A stretch of 63,929 nt of DNA, filler included, from Thraustochytrium aureum (lineage: Eukaryota): the NCBI GenBank assembly GCA_012862495.1. It is 4 parts of 3 records of this genome, joined end to end, with 100 filler letters (N's around TTAATTAATTAA, not from the genome) between each part and the next. Parts side by side here need not be neighbours in the genome. Positions count along the whole stretch, not along the records: positions 1 to 16,461 come from BLSG01000417.1; positions 16,562 to 41,174 come from BLSG01000418.1; 2 more parts are not named here. One strand, written 5' to 3'. The translations under genes were made by a program, and so were the position numbers. Under the pieces are notes generated by a model. That model was not told the origin of the DNA and did not search any database. It saw only the letters and a program-made list of their open reading frames with translations. How positions within the stretch are numbered: position 1 is the first letter of the stretch; every line of letters begins with the position of its first letter. Shown here piece after piece: positions 9,845 to 18,235 of the stretch.

Positions 9845-10234
9845 CTAGCGCGCAGAGTCCCACGGTGCGCGCATGGGTTGGCCCGACGCGCAGCTGCAGC
9901 GCTCGGCGCTCTTGCCACGCGCGAGCATGTTGGTTTTGTTTTTCACATCATCACCAGGTGCATTCGGTACCGAATCGCTGCGTCCGAGCTGCCGCAGTGC
10001 TGCCGCATCGTTTACCACGGGGAGCGGCGCCGTAAATCGGCGAACGAGCGCGCGAGCGCTCGCTGCGCGGTCGCTCCAGCTGGCATCCTTCGAAACGACC
10101 GGTACGCGATGTGAGCTAGCCGTCACTGCAATGACGGCCCCGGCATGTGCAGTCGCTACGGTCCGCAGCGCTTGGCCGCACACCGCTGCCTCGCGAAAGT
10201 CTTCCACAAACGAAGGCGCGACCTCGGGATCCAT
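9845..10234 (-). CDS. Hypothetical protein
   Basis: ATG at 10234 (MDPEVAPSFVEDFREAAVC...); converges on the 9499-9828 ORF across an A-run. Confidence 0.45.
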   Translation of the reverse strand: MDPEVAPSFVEDFREAAVCGQALRTVATAHAGAVIAVTASSHRVPVVSKDASWSDRAASARALVRRFTAPLPVVNDAAALRQLGRSDSVPNAPGDDVKNKTNMLARGKSAERCSCASGQPMRAPWDSAR

Positions 10235-10328
10235 TTCTGTACACCGCACTCGAACTGCCCAATGAGCATAAACAGAAAGAAAATCGCGGTTAGTCGCGGT
10301 CCTGGGTTGCATGCTCCCGCGCAAGAGC

Positions 10329-10745
10329 CCGCGGTGGAGCGACCCAGTCGCGGCAAATCTAACCCACCGCAGGTTAGGGTAGCTTAGGTTCGTTCAAAGG
10401 CTCCCGTACGGAATCCGCGGTGGAGCGACCCAGTCGCGGCTGATCTAACCCGCTGTAGCCTAGGGTTGCTTAGGTTCAGTCCCAGGCTCCCGCGCATCGG
10501 CCCGCGGTGGAGCGGCCCAGTCGCGGTTGAACTAACCCNNNNNNNNNNNNNNNNNNNNNNNNNNNNNNNNNNNNNNNNNNNNNNNNNNNNNNNNNNNNNN
10601 NNNNNNNNNNNNNNNNNNNNNNNNNNNNNNNNNNNNNNNNNNNAGCGGCCCAGTCGCGGTTGAACTAACCCAATGCCGTTAGGGTAAGCCCAGGTTTGGT
10701 CAGAGACTCCCCCGCAACCGCCGCGGTGAAGGTAGCCAGTCGCGT
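10329..10745 (+). repeat. Left array of ~86-87-bp repeats
   Basis: The core CCGCGGTGGAGCG(A/G)CCCAGTCGCGG..(A/T)CTAACCC starts at 10329, 10415 and 10502. A copy resumes after the gap at 10644 and a degenerate copy starts at 10721. TTAGGG occurs at 10374 and 10679. Confidence 0.92.
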
Positions 10746-10763
10746 TCTCCGAGTTCGCCGAGC

Positions 10764-10846
10764 ATTGACCAATGGTCGACCAATAGTCGACCAATAGTCG
10801 ACCAATACTCGACCAACAGTCGACCAACAGTCGACCTATGGTCGCC
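10764..10846 (+). repeat. 11-bp tandem repeat GTCGACCAA(T/C)A, ~6-7 copies
   Basis: Units at 10775, 10786, 10797, 10808, 10819 and 10830, with degenerate flanking copies and a dispersed copy near 10880. Confidence 0.92.
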
Positions 10847-11092
10847 ACCCAATCGCCCTGAATGATCTCGGATTCCAATAGTCGACCATTGGAAAAACTC
10901 CGTTGTTGGTGGAAATACCCGCCAACCGAGCCACCCGCTGGACTTTGCTCCATTTTTCCTCTCACCGACCAACCCTTCCCGCGACTCTGCCGCTTGTCGG
11001 CTGGCTCGGGCTCGGTGAGGCCGGGCCGCACCGGCTCTTTTTTCGCGCAAATGTTAACATTCGTAACTCTGCCGAGCAAGTGCTGATCCCCA

Positions 11093-11162
11093 CCGAGCCC
11101 TTGCCGAGCCCCCTGCCGAGCCCATGCCGAGCCCATGCCGAGCTGGCCGAGCTGACCGAGCC
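11093..11162 (+). repeat. 9-12-bp tandem repeat CCGAGC(CCATG), 7 copies
   Basis: CCGAGC at 11093, 11104, 11116, 11127, 11138, 11147 and 11156. Confidence 0.88.
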
Positions 11163-11334
11163 TCCACAGAGTCCCGAAGAGCCCTGCATAGCCCAAAATC
11201 TCATGGGTACCCCCCCATGGGCCTGTCGAACCGCGAGTAGCGCCGTTAACCGCGCGCAACGGCCGGGAGTCTGCCACCGAATTCACCTGACCCTAACGCA
11301 ACCTAACTGATAAGAACGTTCCTTTATGCGCTAG

Positions 11335-11590
11335 AAACTGCGACTGGGGCCCCTCCACCGCGGCGGTCGCGCGGGAGCCACGGACCGAATCCTTGCAACC
11401 CTAGGCAACCCTAGCCCATCATGGGTTAGATTTGCAGCGACTGGGCCCTCCCACCGCGGTCTACCGCGCGGGAGCCTAAGACCGAACCTAACCAACCCTA
11501 GCCCATCCTGGGTTAGATTTACCGCGACTGGGCCTCTCCACCGCGGGCTCCATCGCGGGAGACCGGGACCATCGAATGGAAACCCTAGGT
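11335..11590 (-). repeat. Right array: inverted copies of the ~87-bp repeat
   Basis: GCGACTGGG...CCACCGCGG ends at 11363, 11459 and 11546, with GGGTTAGATTT and AACCCTAG elements between. These are diverged reverse complements of the left-array unit. Confidence 0.9.
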
Positions 11591-11877
11591 CAGTCACAAC
11601 CGCAACTACGGCCAACTGTGCAGGCGTCATAGGGTATGAAATGAAAGAAAACGTTAACATTTGGGTTTGCAGCGCTTTCTGCACATCGACAGACAGACAC
11701 CAAACAGAGACTGGAGAGCAAGGAGCTGTCGGTACGCAGGTGGGCAAGCGAGTTCGGTGCGGCGCAGGCAGCTAGGCACAGCGACGAGACAAGGCCAGCG
11801 CCAGTGGCGAACGGCCAGGGGACACGACATTACCAGTAGAGGGGAAGGTAAGAGGAAACGTGAGTTCGACAGCTGAA

Positions 11878-13157
11878 ATGACAACCCAAGCTGTGGTGCA
11901 GGCGAAAGAGAAAATCATCTACATCATCAACACGGGTGGGACCTTCTCGAGCTTGCCGGGTGGCATGCCGATCACGGGGGGGGCGAAAACCAAGCGGCGC
12001 TACAGCTATCACCGCCTGCAAGGTCTTCGAGCGGGCGCGAAGCGGTGTCCGCAGCTATTAACAATGTGGTGTCGCGAGTGAGGTGCGAATTCAAAGTGTC
12101 ACATCAGTGGCTCACCCAACTCGACGACAACATTACAGCGAACAATGTCGTGCCCCTTGTGGACTCATCGGCTCTCATCCCGGCGAACTGGAACCAAATT
12201 GTGGACCACATCAAAGCACTGATTCCCAGACAAAACGTCAAGGGTGTCATCATCATCCATGGCACCGACACACTGGCGTACACCGCGGCTGCCCTCAGCA
12301 TCAGGTTGGCCAAGATGACTAACGTGACGTTTCCAGTTGTCATCACTGGTTCGCAAATCCCGATAGCTTGCGGGAGTCCCTACACAGACGCCGAAATTAA
12401 CCTGACCCACTCACTCTTTGCAATCACCTGTGGCAATCACTCCGGCTCGAAAGTGATGGTTCAGTTCGGCGGTCGTCTCATGGAGGGTACAAGGGTCGTG
12501 AAAACGCATGCCACGGCATTGGACGCCTTTCACTGCCCGCGCTCCTCCGCCGCGTCTGGCGACGTTCTTGGTGTGTTCGGCGGCAATGGTATCGAAACAC
12601 AGGCGAACGCAACGCCTCGTCGCGGGAGGTCGATTATAGCTCTGCCTCCCACATCCTTCAACAAGGACGTGCACATCGTCATCATTCGCCTCACACCGGA
12701 TGTGGATCTGCGGATGTATGCGGAATTTACGCAGCCGCTCAATGAAATTGGAAGCACGGGCAGTACCACAGTCGCCAAGCAGCGCATCCACGGTGTCGTG
12801 ATTGAGGCGCTCGGATCCGGCAACGGTCCGACATGCAAGTGTGGAAGCGCGGAGTGCCGGAGCTGCGTTTGCTTCGTAAACCCGTTGAAAGGCATGGCAG
12901 CGAAAATCCCAGTGTACTATGTGTCCGACTGCGCGGGCGGAGCGGTGTCCACAACGTACGAGACCGGCCTGTCCAACGTGGCCAACGTAAAGAGCCTGTT
13001 CAACGCCACGTCGGAAGCGACATACGCCAAGCTGCTGCACACCATCAGCGCCGTTATCGCGGATCGCGGACGGAAGGGGATACGAAGACTGCTCGATGAA
13101 GTGCACAAGGAGATGATCGACGTCGTTGTTGCCAATGAGTTTCATCGAAGTGGTTGA
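11878..13157 (+). CDS. L-asparaginase, type I/cytosolic-like (split by a -1 frameshift at G8 11976-11983)
   Basis: Motifs IINTGGT (first frame), then LVDSS..P.NW, IIHGTDTLAY, PVVITGSQIP, KTHATALDAF, GVVIEALGSGN and TSEATYAKL (second frame). Adding one G joins the frames. Confidence 0.9.
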
Positions 13158-13373
13158 GTCAGAAAATCCGACGCGCCGAGTCACACGTGCCGTGCACTGG
13201 CCGCAGCAGCTGCTGCTGAATGTTATTCAACCCACTCTGTGAGGACGACCGGTATGCATTAGATTAGCGTAAAAGTAGCTCCAATGCCGCCCGGCGAAAA
13301 CGCCTTTCAATAGTGTTCTTGCATCTGGTGAAGCAACTGCTACCGCCAGTGTTGTCACTTTAGTAGTAGCCTA

Positions 13374-14925
13374 CTACCCCTTCGTCTCATCACCTAGGGC
13401 CTTCTTGACGTTGGCGTAGGAGATCGAGTTGATCGTGACCGCCTTGCCGTCGGCGGCGAGGCGGGCCTCCAGCGCGGCGAGGTCGCCGCCCCAGACCTCG
13501 ATGTTCTTGGCCCGGATGCGCAGGCTCGTGTAGCGGCCCNNNNNNNNNNNNNNNNNNNNNNNNNNNNNNNNNNNNNNNNNNNNNNNNNNNNNNNNNNNNN
13601 NNNNNNNNNNNNNNNNNNNNNNNNNNNNNNNNNNNNNNNNNNNNNNNNNNNNNNNNNNNNNNNNNNNNNNNNNNNNNNNNNNNNNNNNNNNNNNNNNNNN
13701 NNNNNNNNNNNNNNNNNNNNNNNNNNNNNNNNNNNNNNNNNNNNNNNNNNNNNNNNNNNNNNNNNNNNNNNNNNNNNNNNNNNNNNNNNNNNNNNNNNNN
13801 NNNNNNNNNNNNNNNNNNNNNNNNNNNNNNNNNNNNNNNNNNNNNNNNNNNNNNNNNNNNNNNNNNNNNNNNNNNNNNNNNNNNNNNNNNNNNNNNNNNN
13901 NNNNNNNNNNNNNNNNNNNNNNNNNNNNNNNNNNNNNNNNNNNNNNNNNNNNNNNNNNNNNNNNNNNNNNNNNNNNNNNNNNNNNNNNNNNNNNNNNNNN
14001 NNNNNNNNNNNNNNNNNNNNNNNNNNNNNNNNNNNNNNNNNNNNNNNNNNNNNNNNNNNNNNNNNNNNNNNNNNNNNNNNNNNNNNNNNNNNNNNNNNNN
14101 NNNNNNNNNNNNNNNNNNNNNNNNNNNNNNNNNNNNNNNNNNNNNNNNNNNNNNNNNNNNNNNNNNNNNNNNNNNNNNNNNNNNNNNNNNNNNNNNNNNN
14201 NNNNNNNNNNNNNNNNNNNNNNNNNNNNNNNNNNNNNNNNNNNNNNGCGTGCGCACAAAGAAGCAGGTCGACGAGGCGCTGTGCTGCACGACGGTGGCCC
14301 CTGCGAAGCTGATGTGCATCGCGTCAAAGGGGCGGCAGCCCACGTTGGCCAGCAGCACGATCAGCACGGCGAGCGTGGGGTCCGGGTCCGCCCAGGCCGC
14401 CTCCAGCAACTGGCCCAACTCGCCCTCGTCGAGCGGGTCGGTCGCGTTCTCGCCCCTGCCGAGCAGCTCCGGCTGGTGCGCGGCCTGGTGGCGCTGCCCC
14501 GCGTTCAGCGCTGCGCCGATGGAGGGCGAGGCGCGCGCGCTCTGTACCACGGCCTGCAGGTCCGGGAACCGGCCCCGCAGGTAGCGCCGCAGGTTGGAGA
14601 GGTGCGTTCGCGCCGTGTCTGCGCGGTTCGCAGCGTCGCCGGTCAGCATGGCGTTCGTCCACTCGCACATCTGGTCCACCAGCGCCACGACCGCGTCGCC
14701 CCGCTGCAGGAGCGGGTGGAAGTGCTCGGCCACGCGCGGCTCGAGCGTGCTGAAGGTGCCCTCCGACTTGCTCAGCTCGAATCGGAACCGCGCGAACATG
14801 CAGACCGACGATCGAACCTGTGGTCCCTTGAGCAGCGCGCGAGCGCTTTCGGGGACGGGCGGGCAGCTCCGCCCGCCACCGCTCGCTTCGGCCGCATGCA
14901 TCTCCTCTCGAACCTGTGCTGCCAT
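13374..14925 (-). CDS. Tyrosine-recombinase-superfamily-like protein (centre hidden by gap)
   Basis: Helical N-terminal region (TARTHLSNLRRYL), then LDEGELGQLLEAA...LAVLIVLLANVGCRPFDA resembling the box-I LLxxTGxRxxE motif. After the gap comes GRYTSLRI, a candidate catalytic Tyr. The HxxR motif would fall inside the N gap 13540-14245. Confidence 0.5.
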
Positions 14926-15106
14926 CCTCGCTCGCTGCCTCGCCCGCCCGCTCTCGTCGCTGTCTGGCTTGGCCACCTCGTTCGCTCGCTTGACTCTGGT
15001 CTGGCTGCGACAACAAGGTCTAGCGTGCGCGACCTGAGTCCGCCGAAATAACTGCCGAAACAACCGCCAGGGTTGCAGCCTTGGCGCAGAGGCATAGACT
15101 CCATAG

Positions 15107-15640
15107 ATGGGTACGCGAGCGGGTCAGACGGGAGAGCGAGGAGAGTGCGGGCGCGTGGAGATGGCGCAGAGGGAGCTACTACGGCGCTTCGCAGAGACCA
15201 AGCGGGCAGAGTACGCTATAGTGCTGCGCGAGGGCGAATGGCCACAGATCGCGTGGGCCGCCGAGCGGACCAAGACGCGCGGAACCGAGTTCGAGGCGCT
15301 CTTCAACGACGCGAGCGACGCCGTGCTCTGCCGGCGCTACTACCGCCTTCGCAAAGCCATGGACAAGACCCAGCGCGTTTCGGAAGACGCTGGTGCAGAG
15401 GACGAGGAACCAGCGCTTGAGGGGCGCTCCGAGCCAGCAGTCGCAGCAGATGCCGCACCACCGCGCAAGCGTGGACGAAGCTGCGTGCGCGAGTTCACCG
15501 CGGAAGAGGACACCGCCCTTCGTGCGCTCGCCGCAGCGCACACTGTGGACGGTCGCGTCGAATGGACCGCCGTGGCTGCGGCCGCCCAGCCGCCCCTGGC
15601 CGGTCGGTCACGCGAGTCTCTGCGGGCGCGCTGGAAGGCC
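15107..15640 (+). CDS. Myb/SANT-domain protein (3' end lost in gap)
   Basis: FTAEEDTALRALAAAHTVDGRVEWTAVA...LAGRSRESLRARWKA is a Myb repeat, preceded by the NLS-like PPRKRGR. A possible degenerate HTH lies upstream (W...FNDASDAVLCRRYYRLRK). Confidence 0.75.
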
Positions 15641-15660
15641 NNNNNNNNNNNNNNNNNNNN

Positions 15661-16429
15661 CACGCCGTCCACCAACTCGGCGCTCCAGAGCCGCAAGCTC
15701 AGCTCGCACTTCTCCCGGAAGCCCCCGCTGCGGCCCACCTCGCTGCACTCGAGCCACTCGGCGGTGCGTTGCGGGTCGACGCCAAGTACGTCGAAGGGCG
15801 CGGGGAGCGCGGGCTGTGAAGCGGGCTTGCCGGCGAGGGACGCGGGGCGACGGAGAGCGCTTCGGCGATTCGTCGGCCAGGCTGTCGTCGTCGTCTCCGC
15901 CCCCGCCAGCGCCTCCAAGCTCGCCATCGCTCACGCTCTCGATCTCGATCTCTTTGTCGTTCTCGATCTCGCTGTCCGAGTCGCTCCAACGCACGGGCGA
16001 GGCCGGGCTGCTGCTCGGCGAGTACGACTGTGGCGAGTCCGATTGCGGCGACGCCGTTTGCGGCGGCATTCTGCGCGGTTTGTTCGGCTGCGCCGGGGCT
16101 TTGCGGCCCGCACGGCCCGCCACCACCCTCGAGAGCGAGAGCTGCGGCGGGTCCACCTCGAAGAGCTCCGCGTCCTGCACGACGAAGACGCGCTCGCCGC
16201 CGAAAACGCGCGCGAGATCGGCGCACATGCGCAGGTCCGGGGGCGGTGAAGCAGGCAGATCGACGAGCTGCCTGGCCAGGTCCGGGCAGAGCTTCCGGGC
16301 TCGCGCGTCGCCGCCAATGAGCAGGTAGCAAAGGTGGATCTCGAGCTGCTCCGGTGGCAGCAGCGCGCGCACGTTGGCCGGGAAGAGCTTTGCGAGGACG
16401 AACGGCAGACGATCGTCCGAGAGGCTCAT
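15661..16429 (-). CDS. Hypothetical protein (probable frameshift, 3' end lost in gap)
   Basis: ATG 16429. A globular-looking N-terminus and S/D/E-rich linker are followed by a likely continuation in another frame (FDVLGVDPQRTAEWLEC...). Confidence 0.45.
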
Positions 16430-16461
16430 CGGTCGCAGGGCGAGCGCCGCTGCAGCATGTA

Positions 16462-16561
16462 NNNNNNNNNNNNNNNNNNNNNNNNNNNNNNNNNNNNNNN
16501 NNNNNTTAATTAATTAANNNNNNNNNNNNNNNNNNNNNNNNNNNNNNNNNNNNNNNNNNNN
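16462..16561. other. Artificial scaffold linker (44N-TTAATTAATTAA-44N)
   Basis: TTAATTAATTAA at 16506-16517 gives stops in all six frames and is flanked by 44 N on each side. The same linker occurs three times in the window. Confidence 0.97.
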
Positions 16562-16603
16562 CCAGGTTTGGGCGGCAGCACAGCGGGCAGCGACAGTTCA
16601 GGC

Positions 16604-16873
16604 ATGGACGAGTGGTGCCAGGTCGCCCCAAATCATTCGACGCGGAGCGACGAGCTGAGCGAGGAGGGTGGTGCCTGCGAGAGCTCCCCGGCTCATCCAA
16701 CTACGACAACCCCGCCACAGCAGCAGGGCGAGTCTGTGCGAGCGGGCGCCGAACGCTTTGCAAGCGATCCCATCTGCTACCTCTTGCAGCAGCGAATCGC
16801 GGAGCTGGAGCGCGAGCTCGCTTTGGTCGAAGAGGAGGAGCGTCAGCTTGTCAGCGCCTCGCTGCAGGCATAG
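16604..16873 (+). CDS. Short coiled-coil-containing hypothetical protein (possibly 5' partial)
   Basis: LLQQRIAELERELALVEEEERQL heptad pattern near the scaffold start. Confidence 0.45.
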   Translation: MDEWCQVAPNHSTRSDELSEEGGACESSPAHPTTTTPPQQQGESVRAGAERFASDPICYLLQQRIAELERELALVEEEERQLVSASLQA

Positions 16874-16978
16874 CGCGATAACCGTCCGTCGGAGAGGCCG
16901 CTCGCCAGAGCAAGAGATCACAACTTGCTTTTAAAAGCATTGTTTTGTTTTGTTTCAAATTCGCAACGGCGAGGCAAG

Positions 16979-17398
16979 CTATGGGTCAATGTCGGTGCGC
17001 TCAAGGAGTGCCTCTAGAGCCACAATCGTGCGCGCAAGAGCAGTGCGCTGCCGCTTCGACTTGCGCCCCTGCGGGACACTCTCGAGCTTGGCCTTGGCCT
17101 CCGCGCACTCCAAGAGCGCGAGTGCTCGGGAGGTCTTGCGCGGGTCGAGTACAGCGTGCGCAGCGCACCAGAGCCCTCGCTCGTCGGCAGCGCACGAGCC
17201 GCAAGCCAGGACTAGCATCCGGCACTTGGCGCAGCGGTGCTCCTCCTTCACTAGCTCCCACTCGCATGCGCAATAGTAGCAGCGGCCAACGACGCGTACG
17301 CGCGCCTCGTCCTCGGGCCGAACCATCGGCTGCACGACACGGCCATCAAACACAAAGTTTCGCCCCAGAAACTTGGACTCTTCTGGAGGAAACGCCTC
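16979..17398 (-). CDS. TSTD2/TrhO(YceA)-like rhodanese protein, C-terminal part
   Basis: FLGRNFVFDGR followed by the Cys-rich Rhodanese_C pattern CYYC...RCAKCRMLVLACGSC...C. The N-terminus is in the gap. Confidence 0.8.
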   Translation of the reverse strand, partial: EAFPPEESKFLGRNFVFDGRVVQPMVRPEDEARVRVVGRCYYCACEWELVKEEHRCAKCRMLVLACGSCAADERGLWCAAHAVLDPRKTSRALALLECAEAKAKLESVPQGRKSKRQRTALARTIVALEALLERTDIDP

Positions 17399-18235
17399 NN
17401 NNNNNNNNNNNNNNNNNNNNNNNNNNNNNNNNNNNNNNNNNNNNNNNNNNNNNNNNNNNNNNNNNNNNNNNNNNNNNNNNNNNNNNNNNNNNNNNNNNNN
17501 NNNNNNNNNNNNNNNNNNNNNNNNNNNNNNNNNNNNNNNNNNNNNNNNNNNNNNNNNNNNNNNNNNNNNNNNNNNNNNNNNNNNNNNNNNNNNNNNNNNN
17601 NNNNNNNNNNNNNNNNNNNNNNNNNNNNNNNNNNNNNNNNNNNNNNNNNNNNNNNNNNNNNNNNNNNNNNNNNNNNNNNNNNNNNNNNNNNNNNNNNNNN
17701 NNNNNNNNNNNNNNNNNNNNNNNNNNNNNNNNNNNNNNNNNNNNNNNNNNNNNNNNNNNNNNNNNNNNNNNNNNNNNNNNNNNNNNNNNNNNNNNNNNNN
17801 NNNNNNNNNNNNNNNNNNNNNNNNNNNNNNNNNNNNNNNNNNNNNNNNNNNNNNNNNNNNNNNNNNNNNNNNNNNNNNNNNNNNNNNNNNNNNNNNNNNN
17901 NNNNNNNNNNNNNNNNNNNNNNNNNNNNNNNNNNNNNNNNNNNNNNNNNNNNNNNNNNNNNNNNNNNNNNNNNNNNNNNNNNNNNNNNNNNNNNNNNNNN
18001 NNNNNNNNNNNNNNNNNNNNNNNNNNNNNNNNNNNNNNNNNNNNNNNNNNNNNNNNNNNNNNNNNNNNNNNNNNNNNNNNNNNNNNNNNNNNNNNNNNNN
18101 NNNNNNNNNNNNNNNNNNNNNNNNNNNNNNNNNNNNNNNNNNNNNNNNNNNNNNNNNNNNNNNNNNNNNNNNNNNNNNNNNNNNNNNNNNNNNNNNNNNN
18201 NNNNNNNNNNNNNNNNNNNNNNNNNNNNNNNNNNN

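Larger units (their letters stand above)
1..13157. mobile_element. Putative large DNA virus / endogenous viral element segment (Nucleocytoviricota- or Mirusviricota-like)
   Basis: Dense, apparently intronless ORFs including a DUF5832-like protein, a fibre-like protein and small membrane ORFans. Base composition shifts sharply between neighbouring genes, unlike scaffolds B-D. No capsid, polymerase or packaging hallmark gene is visible, so the lineage is unresolved. Confidence 0.6.

Noticed and set aside
10511..10671. An additional independent repeat copy after the gap
   Set aside because: 10644-10671 is identical to 10511-10538, so it may be a contig overlap rather than an extra unit. Copy number is left as 4-5.
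10329..11590. CRISPR-like array (conserved ~37-bp core plus ~50-bp variable part)
   Set aside because: The would-be spacers are homologous to each other (shared TAGGGT, TAGGTT, GGCTCCC), the copies occur in both orientations, and no cas genes are present. It is a diverged tandem and inverted repeat.
16506..16517. TTAATTAATTAA as a piggyBac target or biological motif (also 41219 and 53054)
   Set aside because: It is always centred in exactly 44 N on each side, so it is a synthetic six-frame-stop linker. No gene linkage should be inferred across it.
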